From sequence record DRR723986_2358: a stretch of DNA of 60,585 bases. One strand, written 5' to 3'. The stretch's first letter is position 1, and each line of letters opens with the position of its first letter. The notes under the pieces are model-generated. The model saw nothing but the letters and a program-made list of their open reading frames with translations, did no database searches and was not told the origin of the DNA. The position numbers were made by a program, and so were the translations under genes. Below, piece after piece: positions 20,796 to 32,856 of this stretch.

Positions 20796-23479
20796 ACACA
20801 CCCGCAGCAACTGAACAGCCAGCCCTGCCCCGCGACCTGTTCGACCCCGCGACCTTCGCCGCCGCCCTCGCCACGGGCTCCGTGGTCAGCGCCTGCAAGA
20901 CCACGATCTCAGACGCCAACAACTGGCTCCACGGACAGTTTCGCAACGGCATGGACATCGGCCAACTGATCAAGCTGCGCGCCGCCCTGTTCGACCAGCT
21001 ACTGGCCACCCTCTGGGACCGCCAGGACTGGCAGGGCGCCACGCTCAGCCTGGTGGCAGTCGGCGGCTATGGCCGCGGCGAGCTGCATCCACACTCGGAC
21101 ATCGACATCCTGGTCCTGCGTGCCGACAACAAAGACAGCTGCCGGGAACCGCTAGCGGACTTCATGACCCTGTTGTGGGACATCGGCCTGAATATCGGGC
21201 ACAGCACGCGCACCGTCGCGGAATGCGTAGCCCAGGCGGCGGGCGACATCACTGTCCTGACCAACCTGATGGAAGCCCGTGTATTGCGGGGTCCACACCA
21301 GCTGATGGATGAGGTTTCTCGCCAGATCGCGCCAGAGCAGATGTGGCCCAGTGCCGATTTTTTCAGCGCCAAGCTGGATGAGCAGCGGGCCCGGCACGCC
21401 AAGTTTGCCGATACCGAGTACAACCTCGAACCCAACGTCAAAGGCTCCCCGGGGGCACTGCGCGACCTGCAGATCATCGGCTGGATCGCGGAACGACATT
21501 ACGGCGTGCATTCCCTGGACGAGCTCGGCGACGCCGCTTTCCTGAATGCCGAGGAACGGGAAATCCTGGAGCGCGGCCGGGACTTCATGTGGCGGGTGCG
21601 CTATGCCCTGCACATGATCACCGACCGCGAGGAAGACCGCCTGCTATTTGACCACCAGCGCACCCTGGCGGGTATGTGGGGTTTTGTCGACGGCGAGCGC
21701 CTGGCCGTGGAACAGTTCATGCAGACCTATTACCGCTGGGCACTGGCGCTGGCCCAGTTGAACGAGGTGTTGATCCAGTATTTCGACCAGACCATTCTGC
21801 AGGCGGGCAGCCAGGATGAGGTCAGCACGCTGAACGACCGCTTCGATGTGCGCAATCGCTATCTCGAGGCGCACAGCGACACCCTGTTCGAGCAGGACCC
21901 GTCAGCGCTGCTGGAGGTTTTCCTGCTGCTCGGCACCCACGACCATATCATCGGCGTGGGCGCCCGCACGATCCGCCTGATCCGGGATAACCGCCATCGC
22001 GTGGATGAGGCATTTCGGGCCGACCCGCGCAATCGGGCCCTGTTCCTGGACATCCTACGCGCACCTCACCGGATGACCCGCCAGCTGCGACGCATGACCC
22101 GCTACGGCATACTCGGCATGTACCTTCCCGAGTTCGGCCAGATCGTCGGCCAGATGCAGCACGACCTGTTCCATGCCTACACTGTCGACGCGCACACCCT
22201 GGAAGTTATCCAGAATATGCGCCGCTTCCTGAAACCGGAATACGAGGAGCGTTTCCCGGTCTCCAGCCGGGTCGCGCGCCGCCTGCCGAAAAGCGAGCTA
22301 CTGTATATCGCCGGCCTCTACCACGATATCGGCAAGGGCCGAGGCGGCGATCACTCCGAACTCGGGGCGGTTGACGCAGAGCGCTTTTGTACGAACCACG
22401 GGCTCACTGAGGCGGATACCCAGCTCGTTGTCTGGCTGGTGCAAAATCACCTGCTGATGTCAGCTGTATCTCAGCGCAAGGACATCTCCGACCCGGAAGT
22501 CATCCAGCAGTTTGCCGCTCACGTGGGCGACCAGCAGCGGCTCGACTACCTGTTTACCCTGACCGTCGCCGATATCAACGGCACCAACCCGACCCTGTGG
22601 AATGCCTGGCGGGGCAGCCTGCTGCGCCAGTTGTATACCGAGACCAAGCGCGCTCTGCGCCGTGGGTTGGAGAACCCGGTGGACAAGCAGGTCTGGATCG
22701 AACAGGCCCGCAAGGCCGCGACCGACATCCTCGAGTACCGGGGCTTCACCCCCGACGAGTTGAGCGAACTGTGGCAGGAGCGAGGGGAAGATTATTTCCT
22801 GCGCGAGCGGGCCGAGGATATCGCCTGGCATACCGAAGCCATCGCCGGCCACTACGACAAGGACCAGCCACTGGTACTGATCCGCAACACCACAGAATCC
22901 AGTGTTGCCAACGCCACCCAGATCTTTATCCATGCCCGCGCCCACGCCCACCTGTTCTCCCAGATCTGCGGCGAGCTGGAGCAGCTGGAACTGAGCGTTC
23001 ACGATGCCCGCATCTACAATGCCAACGACGGCATGAGCCTGGACACCTTCTATGTCCTGGATTCCAGCGGCGAGTCAATTGCCGAGGATGGCTCCCGCCT
23101 GCGTTTCATCAAGGAACAGCTCACCCAGGCGCTGAGCAGCAGCCGGGAAGATGCGGCAATAGCGCGTCGCCGCACCCCGCGGCAGATGAAGTCCTTCACC
23201 ATTCCCACCGAGACCAGCATGAGCCTTGATGAGATCAAGAATGTCACGGTGCTGGAAGTCTCGACCCCGGACCGACCCGGGCTGCTGGCCCGCATCGGCA
23301 ATATCTTTGTCGAGTTCGACGTGGTGCTGCAGGCTGCCAAGATCCAGACCCTGGGGGAGCGGGTCGAGGACGTGTTCTTCATCACTGATACCGAGGACCA
23401 GCCGCTGAAGGACCCAAAACTCTGCACCGCTATCCAGGCCGCCATCCGCTACCAGCTCGACCAGCAACTGGTTGCCTGA
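20792..23479 (+). CDS. glnD: [protein-PII] uridylyltransferase
   Basis: AVGGYGRGELHPHSDID, HD domain (HAYTVDAH, LYHDIGKG), two ACT domains (DRPGLLA, GERVEDVFFI); TTG start overlaps the map stop. Confidence 0.97.
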   Translation: MNTPAATEQPALPRDLFDPATFAAALATGSVVSACKTTISDANNWLHGQFRNGMDIGQLIKLRAALFDQLLATLWDRQDWQGATLSLVAVGGYGRGELHPHSDIDILVLRADNKDSCREPLADFMTLLWDIGLNIGHSTRTVAECVAQAAGDITVLTNLMEARVLRGPHQLMDEVSRQIAPEQMWPSADFFSAKLDEQRARHAKFADTEYNLEPNVKGSPGALRDLQIIGWIAERHYGVHSLDELGDAAFLNAEEREILERGRDFMWRVRYALHMITDREEDRLLFDHQRTLAGMWGFVDGERLAVEQFMQTYYRWALALAQLNEVLIQYFDQTILQAGSQDEVSTLNDRFDVRNRYLEAHSDTLFEQDPSALLEVFLLLGTHDHIIGVGARTIRLIRDNRHRVDEAFRADPRNRALFLDILRAPHRMTRQLRRMTRYGILGMYLPEFGQIVGQMQHDLFHAYTVDAHTLEVIQNMRRFLKPEYEERFPVSSRVARRLPKSELLYIAGLYHDIGKGRGGDHSELGAVDAERFCTNHGLTEADTQLVVWLVQNHLLMSAVSQRKDISDPEVIQQFAAHVGDQQRLDYLFTLTVADINGTNPTLWNAWRGSLLRQLYTETKRALRRGLENPVDKQVWIEQARKAATDILEYRGFTPDELSELWQERGEDYFLRERAEDIAWHTEAIAGHYDKDQPLVLIRNTTESSVANATQIFIHARAHAHLFSQICGELEQLELSVHDARIYNANDGMSLDTFYVLDSSGESIAEDGSRLRFIKEQLTQALSSSREDAAIARRRTPRQMKSFTIPTETSMSLDEIKNVTVLEVSTPDRPGLLARIGNIFVEFDVVLQAAKIQTLGERVEDVFFITDTEDQPLKDPKLCTAIQAAIRYQLDQQLVA

Positions 23480-23484
23480 AGCGC

Positions 23485-24675
23485 ATGAATTCCGATCTGG
23501 CATCATTGCAGCCGTACCCGTTCGAGCGACTGCGGGATCTGTTCGCCGGGCTGACCCCGGCGGCCGGGAAATCGGCGATCGCGCTGTCGATCGGCGAGCC
23601 GCAACACCCCTCTCCCCCGGTAGTACAGCGCGCCCTGCAGGAGAACCTCGACCTGTTGGCACGCTATCCGTCCACCCGTGGTTCGGATGCCCTGCGCGCC
23701 AGTATCGCGACATGGCTGCAGCGCCGTTTCGGGCTGCCGGAGATCGATCCGGAGACCCAGATTCTGCCGGTAAACGGCACCCGGGAGGCCCTGTTCGCGA
23801 TTGCCCAGGCGACAGTCGCCAGAACACCCGGCGCACGGGTGCTGATGCCGAACCCGTTCTACCAGATTTACGAGGGTGCAGCGCTACTGGCCGGGGCGCG
23901 GCCCGCATTTATCAACTGCCTGCCGGAAACCGGCTTCCTGCCCGACCTGGACAGCGTCACCGCAGAGCAGTGGCGAGAGTGCCAGTTGCTCTACCTGTGT
24001 AACCCGGGCAATCCGTCCGGCGCTGTGATGCCAATGGAGCAGCTTGTCGAGGTCGTTCACCTGGCCAGGGAGCACAACTTCATCATCGCCAGCGATGAGT
24101 GCTACTCCGAAATCTACCCCGACGAGCAAGCGCCGCCACCAGGGCTGCTCCAGGCCTGTCACGCTGCGGGCAATCCCGGCTATCACAACTGCCTGGTGTT
24201 CCACAGTCTGTCCAAGCGCTCCAACCTGCCGGGCCTGCGCTCGGGATTTGTCGCCGGCGATGCCAGCGTGCTGGCCGACTTCCTGCGCTACCGGACTTAC
24301 CACGGCTGTGCCATGCCGCCACACCACCAGGCCGCGAGCATTGCCGCCTGGAACGACGAGACCCACGTGATCGAAAACCGCGCGCGCTACCGGCAGAAGT
24401 TCGAGGCCGTGCTGGCTGAACTGGCAGGCTGCCTCGATGTCCAGGCTCCGGACGCCGGCTTCTACCTGTGGCCGGCAACACCAATTGCCGATACCGAATT
24501 CGCCCGCCGCCTTTACGCTGAACAGCACGTAACGGTCCTTCCCGGTCGCTACCTGGCACGAGAATCTGACGGGGTAAACCCGGGGCACAACCGGGTGCGG
24601 CTGGCCCTGGTAGCGGAGCAGGCCGACTGCGTAGCCGCCGCGCAACGCATCGCGGACACTGTGCGCCGGCTATAG
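23485..24675 (+). CDS. dapC: N-succinyldiaminopimelate aminotransferase
   Basis: LQPYPFERL, SIGEP, SDECYSE, PLP motif SLSKRSNLPGLRSG, YRTYHG; follows glnD. Confidence 0.93.
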   Translation: MNSDLASLQPYPFERLRDLFAGLTPAAGKSAIALSIGEPQHPSPPVVQRALQENLDLLARYPSTRGSDALRASIATWLQRRFGLPEIDPETQILPVNGTREALFAIAQATVARTPGARVLMPNPFYQIYEGAALLAGARPAFINCLPETGFLPDLDSVTAEQWRECQLLYLCNPGNPSGAVMPMEQLVEVVHLAREHNFIIASDECYSEIYPDEQAPPPGLLQACHAAGNPGYHNCLVFHSLSKRSNLPGLRSGFVAGDASVLADFLRYRTYHGCAMPPHHQAASIAAWNDETHVIENRARYRQKFEAVLAELAGCLDVQAPDAGFYLWPATPIADTEFARRLYAEQHVTVLPGRYLARESDGVNPGHNRVRLALVAEQADCVAAAQRIADTVRRL

Positions 24676-24677
24676 CA

Positions 24678-25331
24678 ATGCTGAAACAGGAACGAGTTGC
24701 CTATATCCTGCGGCGCCTGGACGAGTTGTACCCCGAAACACCGGTGCCGCTGGATCACAGCGACCCGTTTACCCTGCTGGTCGCTGTCCTGCTCAGCGCC
24801 CAGTGCACGGATGAGCGAGTCAACAAGGTCACTCCCGGCCTGTTCGCCCTCGCCGACAACCCGCAGGATATGGCCCGGCTCAGCGCAGAGCAGATTCGCG
24901 AGGTGATCCGTCCCTGCGGGCTCTCGCCGCAAAAATCCAAGGCGATCAAGCGCCTCAGCGAAATCCTTGTTGCATCGCATGGGGGCGAGGTTCCGGCCGA
25001 TATGGCCGCGCTGGAGGAGTTGCCGGGGGTCGGCCACAAAACCGCCAGCGTGGTTATGGCGCAGGCCTTCGGCGTACCCGCCTTCCCGGTGGACACCCAC
25101 ATTCATCGCCTGGCCCAGCGCTGGGGCCTGTCCAGCGGCAAGAACGTGACCCAGACCGAGCGCGACCTCAAGCGCCTGTTCCCCGAGGATCGCTGGAATC
25201 GCCTGCACCTGCAGATTATTTTCTACGGCAGGGAGTACTGCACCGCTCGCGGCTGCGACGGTCGGGTATGCGAGATCTGCCAGACCTGCTACCCGCAGCG
25301 GAAACACCCGCGCAAGACCCGCAAGGCCTGA
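24678..25331 (+). CDS. nth: endonuclease III
   Basis: LLVAVLLSAQCTDERVN, HhH LPGVGHKTA, VDTH; C-terminal Cys cluster with atypical spacing. Confidence 0.92.
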   Translation: MLKQERVAYILRRLDELYPETPVPLDHSDPFTLLVAVLLSAQCTDERVNKVTPGLFALADNPQDMARLSAEQIREVIRPCGLSPQKSKAIKRLSEILVASHGGEVPADMAALEELPGVGHKTASVVMAQAFGVPAFPVDTHIHRLAQRWGLSSGKNVTQTERDLKRLFPEDRWNRLHLQIIFYGREYCTARGCDGRVCEICQTCYPQRKHPRKTRKA

Positions 25332-25434
25332 ACCAGCAAGACCCGCGCCTGCGCCGGGCGCTGAGCTTGTCACTACGATGTAAAATCCGGTAGCATCCCA
25401 GCTCCCTTCCTATAATAAAACACGGGATTCATGT

Positions 25435-27423
<1,989 letters not shown>

Positions 27424-27434
27424 GGCTACAGACT

Positions 27435-27462
27435 CCCGGTGCCGCTCCGGCACCGGGTCTTT
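27435..27462 (+). terminator. probable intrinsic terminator after hppA
   Basis: CCCGGTGCCG-CTC-CGGCACCGGG followed by TCTTT. Confidence 0.65.
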
Positions 27463-27568
27463 ACCCTGCGGCGCCAGCAACTGCCCACGGGGCCGGATCA
27501 CCCATCGATATACCCCGAACATTCATACAGTACTTGCGCTTTACCCCACAGGGTTGACCCATATCGCT

Positions 27569-28192
27569 ATGATTGAACCAGAGGACCACCTGTTCCTGAG
27601 CATGCACCGGATGCTCGCCGAAGGCCTGGAGCCATCCGAACGGCAGGACGAATTGTGGCAGCGCTACGGCGAGACTGTCGCCGTCCTCATCCTCGATACA
27701 GCCGGTTTCTCCCGGGTATCCCAGAGTCACGGCATCCTGCATTTCCTGTCCCGCCTGCTGATGCTGCGACGACTCTGTGAGACCGTGTTCGAGTCACACG
27801 GCTGCCTGCGCCTGCGCTTTGACGCGGATAATGCCTTCGTCGCGTTCAGTACGACGGACAGTGCCATCCTCAGCGCCCTGGCGCTGCACCGGGCGCTTCA
27901 TGACAGCGGACTGATGTTGACCGAGACCGAGCAGATGCAGGTCTCCATTGGCATCGGCTTCGGCGAGATGCTCTTTTCGGAAACCCTGGAGGGGTACTTC
28001 GGCGAGGAGATGAACTACGCCTCGAAACTCGGCGAGGATGTGGGGATGGGCAACCAGACCCTGATCACCGACCGTGCCTACCGTGAGGCCTCGGACGAGC
28101 TACTGGCGGGCTTCGCGCCAATGACGGTGGAGCTGTCCGGTATTACCCTTGACCACCACGTGCACAACTTCGACCCAAAGCAGCGCAGCTAA
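27569..28192 (+). CDS. stand-alone class III adenylate/guanylate cyclase-domain protein
   Basis: AVLILDTAGFS (first metal Asp), DADN (second Asp), SIGIGFG, GEEMNYASKLGED; start may be TTG 27554 or ATG 27569. Confidence 0.75.
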   Translation: MIEPEDHLFLSMHRMLAEGLEPSERQDELWQRYGETVAVLILDTAGFSRVSQSHGILHFLSRLLMLRRLCETVFESHGCLRLRFDADNAFVAFSTTDSAILSALALHRALHDSGLMLTETEQMQVSIGIGFGEMLFSETLEGYFGEEMNYASKLGEDVGMGNQTLITDRAYREASDELLAGFAPMTVELSGITLDHHVHNFDPKQRS

Positions 28193-28219
28193 GCCGCCGG
28201 CAGCCGGAAAATCTCCGGC

Positions 28220-29212
28220 TCAGGCGTAACCGTTCTCCCGGAACCAGTTGATGGAATCCTCGATAGCCTGTTCGATAGGGCTTTGCGGCATACCCAGCTC
28301 CGCCACCGCCCGGGCCGAGTCAACATAGCATTCCTGCAGGACGTAGCTCGTGTTCTTGTAGGTAGTCAGCGGCGGCTTGCCGCTGATCCGCGCCCAGAAC
28401 TCCATGACCCGGGCCACCCGCAGCATGACCTTGGCTGACACTTCCTGGGTAGCCACACCCTCCACCCCCGCAATGCGCCCGATCAGCTGCAACAGGTCAC
28501 GGTGACTGGCGTTGGCCTCGGTGTTGGCCAGCACGTAGGATTCGCCTACCTGGCCTCGCTCCATTGCCAGCACATGGCCGGCCGCGACATCGCGCACATC
28601 TACCGGGCAGATACCGCCTTGCCACCAGTTCTTCGCCTTGCCCTGGAGTACGCTGAGAATCATGGTCCCGGTCGGGGTCGGCGCCCGGTCTCCTGGTCCA
28701 AAGGGAAGGCCGGGCATCACCAGGGTCACCGGCAGTCCCTTCGCCGCGAGCCCCTTCACCACGTGGTGAGAGATAAACTTGGATAGGATGTAGTCGCTGG
28801 CCCAGGTCCAGCCATTGAACGGGGTGTCCTCATTGGACAGCTGGCCCGGGTTGATGCCCAGCGCGGCAATCGAGCTGGTATAGACGATCTTCTCCAGGTC
28901 CGCCTTCAGCGCTTCTTTCATCAACGCTTCGGTGCCCTGGATATTGATTTTGAAGTGCAGGTTCGGGTCCCTGGTCCAGATCGCATACAGCGCTGCCAGG
29001 TGATACATCCTGTCCACGCCCTTGAGTATGGGGGCAAAGGAATCATGGTCCAGCAGATTACCCTCGACGATCTCCACATCCATGCCAGCCAGCGGCGAGC
29101 GATCCTCGCCGGGCATGACCATGGCGCGAACCTCATCGCCACGCTCCAGCGCCATCCGGGTTACGTGGTTGCCGATAAAGCCGGTCGCACCGGTAATAAG
29201 AACCTTACTCAT
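28220..29212 (-). CDS. NAD-dependent epimerase/dehydratase (extended SDR, HpnA/dihydroflavonol-reductase-like)
   Basis: TGATGFIG, HLAA, YTSS, YILSK, PTPTG, VDVRDVAAGH; start ATG 29212. Confidence 0.88.
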   Translation of the reverse strand: MSKVLITGATGFIGNHVTRMALERGDEVRAMVMPGEDRSPLAGMDVEIVEGNLLDHDSFAPILKGVDRMYHLAALYAIWTRDPNLHFKINIQGTEALMKEALKADLEKIVYTSSIAALGINPGQLSNEDTPFNGWTWASDYILSKFISHHVVKGLAAKGLPVTLVMPGLPFGPGDRAPTPTGTMILSVLQGKAKNWWQGGICPVDVRDVAAGHVLAMERGQVGESYVLANTEANASHRDLLQLIGRIAGVEGVATQEVSAKVMLRVARVMEFWARISGKPPLTTYKNTSYVLQECYVDSARAVAELGMPQSPIEQAIEDSINWFRENGYA

Positions 29213-29329
29213 GCACACTCCCCTTCCATTCTCGTCTGCGGCTTACAGGGCCGCTTCGCGCTTTGCATACTATTCGCTCGTGGCGACCGAAAGCAGGACC
29301 GGGGCGGCCATATCCATGGCGCTTTCCGG

Positions 29330-30004
29330 TCAGCCCACCGCCGCGGTTTTCCGCTCGTAGAGCCTGTCCAGCAGACGCAGAAAGGTAGCGGGTTCCTGCG
29401 CCCCGGGTACCGGGTAGCCGTCATCAAAGAAAAAGGCAGGCACGGCATAGACATCGCGCTCCAGCCACTGCTGCTGCTCATCGCGAACCGCAGCGGCGTA
29501 ACGACCGTCCGCAAGTACCTGAGCTGCCACTTGCGAGTCCAGGCCCACACGAGCCGCGACGGCTGCCAGGACTGCCGGGTCGTTGATATCCTCTGCGCGG
29601 GTAAAATAGGCCTCGAACAGGGCCAGCTTGAGCGCCGTCTGCTGGCCGTGCTGCGCAGCCCAGTGCAACAGCTGGTGCGCGGGGAAGGTATTGCGCATGC
29701 GCATGCCGTCACCGTAGGCAAAGTTAAAACCGAGTCCCGCGCCGATTGCAGTCAAGCGTTCACGCACCGCACTGCCCTGGGCTGCCGTGGAGCCGTACTT
29801 CTGCGCGATATGCTCGCGCAGGTCCTGACCCTCCTCAGGCATCTGCGGATTTAACTCAAAGGGGTGCCAGCGCAAGGTGAGCTCAAACCGGCCCGGACGC
29901 TGCGCCAGCGCCTGTTGCAGCTGCAGGTAGCCGACAATACACCAGGGGCATACCACGTCGGACACAATATCGATCGCCAGCGGCACGGCTACAGACTCAG
30001 TCAT
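29330..30004 (-). CDS. DsbA-family oxidoreductase (FrnE-like)
   Basis: IDIVSDVVCPWC, PFELNP, AVP, GAQE; ATG 30004 overlaps the end of the upstream carboxylase gene. Confidence 0.88.
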   Translation of the reverse strand: MTESVAVPLAIDIVSDVVCPWCIVGYLQLQQALAQRPGRFELTLRWHPFELNPQMPEEGQDLREHIAQKYGSTAAQGSAVRERLTAIGAGLGFNFAYGDGMRMRNTFPAHQLLHWAAQHGQQTALKLALFEAYFTRAEDINDPAVLAAVAARVGLDSQVAAQVLADGRYAAAVRDEQQQWLERDVYAVPAFFFDDGYPVPGAQEPATFLRLLDRLYERKTAAVG

Positions 30005-32018
30005 CGGCAATCTCCAGCAGGGTCGCGCCCGCGGCCACCTGGTCACCCACGGTCACGTGCAGCGCCACCACCGTGCCGGCAACCTCGGCGACCAGTCGGT
30101 GTTCCATTTTCATTGCCTCCATCACCGCCAGCATCTGTCCCTCGACGACCACATCCCCCTCGGCCACCGCCAGCTTCAGCAGGTTACCGTGCATGGGCGC
30201 CTGGACTGTGCCCGAGCCGAGCGCCCCGCTGTCGCCTGCCGTAAAGGCGAGCTGGTTGACCAGACGTGCCTCGACCCCACCGCATTGCAGGGACAGTTCC
30301 GCGCGCCCTGTCGCGGCGTGCCAGACTTCACGGCGGACACCGTCGAGCAGCAGGCTATCGCTGTTGCCGGAGGTCGCCTCGATGTGGGTCACTGCCAGTG
30401 AATCTTCACCCAGAGCCACGTGGTAACAGCCCCTGCCCGACTCGGTAACGTAGATGTCCAGCGGCGCATCAAGTGAGCCATAGCGGAAATGACTGACGAT
30501 AGGCCGGTTGCTGCGCCAGGCCCAGTCACCCTCGCCTGTCGCGAACAGCTCGCCGGCCGTGGCGGCCTGCTGCTGCCGGTACTGGATGACCGCCGCCAAC
30601 GCGGCAAGCTCGCGCGCGGGCGCGGGCGGCGCCAATTCTGCGGCGGAAAAATTGCTCGGGATAAACCCGGTCGTGGCCTGTCCTTCAATGAACGCCGGGC
30701 GCCGCAGAACATCCAGCAGGAAATGGCGATTGGTCTGCACACCGAATACAACCGTCGTTTCCAGTGCTCGCAGCAGGCGGCGACGCGCGGTTTCACGATC
30801 CTCACCCCAGGCGACAAGCTTGGCGATCATCGGGTCGTAGAACGGCGATATCTCCTGACCCTGCTGCAAACCGTGATCAACCCGGACCCCCTCCCCAACC
30901 GCTGAATGCCAGACAAGCGCCGTGCCGGTAGCCGGCAGGAAGTCATTGCCACTGTCCTCAGCGTACAGCCTGACCTCGATGGCGTGCCCGTACAGGCGCA
31001 CATCAGCCTGTTCAATTCCCAGCGGGTAGCCATGGGCCACCCGGAATTGCAAAGCGACGAGGTCGAGACCAGTAATCATCTCTGTTACCGGGTGTTCAAC
31101 CTGCAGGCGGGTGTTCATTTCCAGGAAATAAAAGCGCTGGTCGGCATCGAGCAGGAATTCCACCGTCCCGGCGCCCTGGTAATCGATACTGCGCGCGGCC
31201 TCGACCGCGGCAGCACCCATAGCCTCGCGCAGCACCGGCGTCATCACCGGACAGGGTGCTTCCTCGACCACCTTCTGGTGTCGGCGCTGGACGCTGCAGT
31301 CGCGCTCGCCCAGATGAATGACGTTGCCCGCGGCGTCCCCGAACACCTGGATTTCCACATGCCGCGGCTCGACCACGGCTTTCTCCAGAATCAGCTCAGC
31401 GGAGCCAAAGGCGTTTTCGGCCTCCGAGCGGGCGGCCGCGAGGGCATCGGGCAACTCCGCTGCGGAAGCAACCAGGCGCATGCCGCGACCGCCGCCGCCG
31501 GCAGCGGCCTTAACCATGACCGGGAAACCTATAGCCTGCGCCGCCGCCAGCAGTGCGGCGTCCGACTGGTCTTCATCCTGGTAGCCCGGGACACAGGGCA
31601 CGCCTGCCGCCAGCATATGCCGCTTTGAGGCAGCTTTGTTACCCATGATCTCTATCGCCGCCGCGCCGGGGCCGATAAACACCAGTCCGACCTGCTCGCA
31701 GCGCCGGGCAAAGTCGGCATTTTCCGAGAGGAAACCGTAACCGGGGTGAATGGCCTGCGCCCCGGTGCGGGCGGCAGCATCGAGTATGCGCTGCGGATCC
31801 AGATAGGACTGGGCTACCGGTGCCGGCCCGATCAGTACCGCCTCGTCAGCCAGCGTCACGTGCAAGGCATCGGCATCGGCTTCCGAATACACAGCAATGG
31901 CGCGATAGCCCAGCTGTTGTGCCGTGCGGATGACCCTGACGGCGATTTCGCCACGATTGGCCACCAGTATGCTGTCAAACTGCTTCATCGGTATCCCGCC
32001 TGCGCTGGTGATGGTCAT
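29997..32018 (-). CDS. atuF: acyl-CoA carboxylase biotin carboxylase/biotin carrier subunit (AtuF-like, geranyl-CoA carboxylase alpha)
   Basis: ANRGEIA, HPGYGFLSE, GGGGRGM, RDCSVQRRHQK, EMNTRLQVEH, biotin site EAMKM; alternative start at ATG 31988. atuF assignment rests on atuA context. Confidence 0.85.
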   Translation of the reverse strand: MTITSAGGIPMKQFDSILVANRGEIAVRVIRTAQQLGYRAIAVYSEADADALHVTLADEAVLIGPAPVAQSYLDPQRILDAAARTGAQAIHPGYGFLSENADFARRCEQVGLVFIGPGAAAIEIMGNKAASKRHMLAAGVPCVPGYQDEDQSDAALLAAAQAIGFPVMVKAAAGGGGRGMRLVASAAELPDALAAARSEAENAFGSAELILEKAVVEPRHVEIQVFGDAAGNVIHLGERDCSVQRRHQKVVEEAPCPVMTPVLREAMGAAAVEAARSIDYQGAGTVEFLLDADQRFYFLEMNTRLQVEHPVTEMITGLDLVALQFRVAHGYPLGIEQADVRLYGHAIEVRLYAEDSGNDFLPATGTALVWHSAVGEGVRVDHGLQQGQEISPFYDPMIAKLVAWGEDRETARRRLLRALETTVVFGVQTNRHFLLDVLRRPAFIEGQATTGFIPSNFSAAELAPPAPARELAALAAVIQYRQQQAATAGELFATGEGDWAWRSNRPIVSHFRYGSLDAPLDIYVTESGRGCYHVALGEDSLAVTHIEATSGNSDSLLLDGVRREVWHAATGRAELSLQCGGVEARLVNQLAFTAGDSGALGSGTVQAPMHGNLLKLAVAEGDVVVEGQMLAVMEAMKMEHRLVAEVAGTVVALHVTVGDQVAAGATLLEIADD

Positions 32019-32830
32019 TCTGCGGTCGCCGCCCAGCGCGGCGGGCGTTTGCCGGCAAACGCAGCCATGCCCTCGCGGCCTTCTTCCCCCAACAGGGCGT
32101 CGGCAAAGCGCTGGGCTGCGAACTGCACCAGTTCATCGCCCTCCAGGTGCTCGGTGGCATTGATAATATCCTTGGTAAGGGCGATAGCACCCGGCGCGCC
32201 CTTGCGCGCCTGCTCGATCAAGGCGCGGGCCGCTTCCTCGAGGGCGTCGGCGTCGGGGACCACGGTATGGGCAAATCCCAGGCGACCCGCTTCAACGCCG
32301 TCAAAACGCGCCGCGGTCAGCAGCAACCGCCTGGCCTGGCTGGCGCCAATCCGCCGAATAACCACCGGGGTGATCTGGGCAGGCGGGATACCGAGGGTTA
32401 CCTCAGTGAGGGAGAAACGCGCATCGGCTGTAGTGATAACCACATCCGCAATGCAGGACAAACCCAGGCCTCCTGCCATCGCGAATCCCTCGATGAGCAC
32501 CACAAACAACTGCGGCAGGCCCTGCACGGCGTTCAACAGGCGGCCAAAATCGGCGTTGAAGCGTACGATCTCATCGCGATCGGCGCCCTCACCCTGGAAC
32601 ACCGTTTTAAACAGCTTGAGATCGCCGCCGGAGCAGAAGGCGCCACCCTTACCCCGCAGGATCACAAAGCGGATGTCCTGCTCACCGGGCAAGGCCTCCA
32701 GCACCAGGGCAAGTTCATCTGCCATGGCCTGCGACAAGGCGTTGCGAACTTCCGGCCGATTGAACCAGATGGTCAACAGGTCGCCATTGCGCTCCAGGAT
32801 CAGGTTTTCAACAGCAGGCAACATAGCCAT
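32015..32830 (-). CDS. atuE: enoyl-CoA hydratase (AtuE-like isohexenylglutaconyl-CoA hydratase)
   Basis: NRPEVRNAL, FCSGGDL, AMAGGLGL, EVTLGIPPAQI; ATG 32830 with GGAG RBS; between atuC-like and atuF-like genes. Confidence 0.8.
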   Translation of the reverse strand: MAMLPAVENLILERNGDLLTIWFNRPEVRNALSQAMADELALVLEALPGEQDIRFVILRGKGGAFCSGGDLKLFKTVFQGEGADRDEIVRFNADFGRLLNAVQGLPQLFVVLIEGFAMAGGLGLSCIADVVITTADARFSLTEVTLGIPPAQITPVVIRRIGASQARRLLLTAARFDGVEAGRLGFAHTVVPDADALEEAARALIEQARKGAPGAIALTKDIINATEHLEGDELVQFAAQRFADALLGEEGREGMAAFAGKRPPRWAATAE

Positions 32831-32856
32831 GAGTCTCCAGGTATTCGGGGCGCACG

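Noticed and set aside
23472..24002. Alternative-frame ORF overlapping dapC (also 20153-20761, 46987-48036)
   Set aside because: Arg/Pro/Gly-rich off-frame translations inside intact genes; no evidence of frameshifting
27515..27532. LexA-like half site (minus strand TACTGTATGAATGTTCGG) upstream of the small cyclase gene
   Set aside because: The second half-site lacks the invariant CAG, so binding is unlikely; could be a decayed site or chance
28202..28220. Short hairpin AGCCGGA-AAATC-TCCGGCT between convergent genes
   Set aside because: Only a 7-bp stem without a U-tract; too weak to call a terminator
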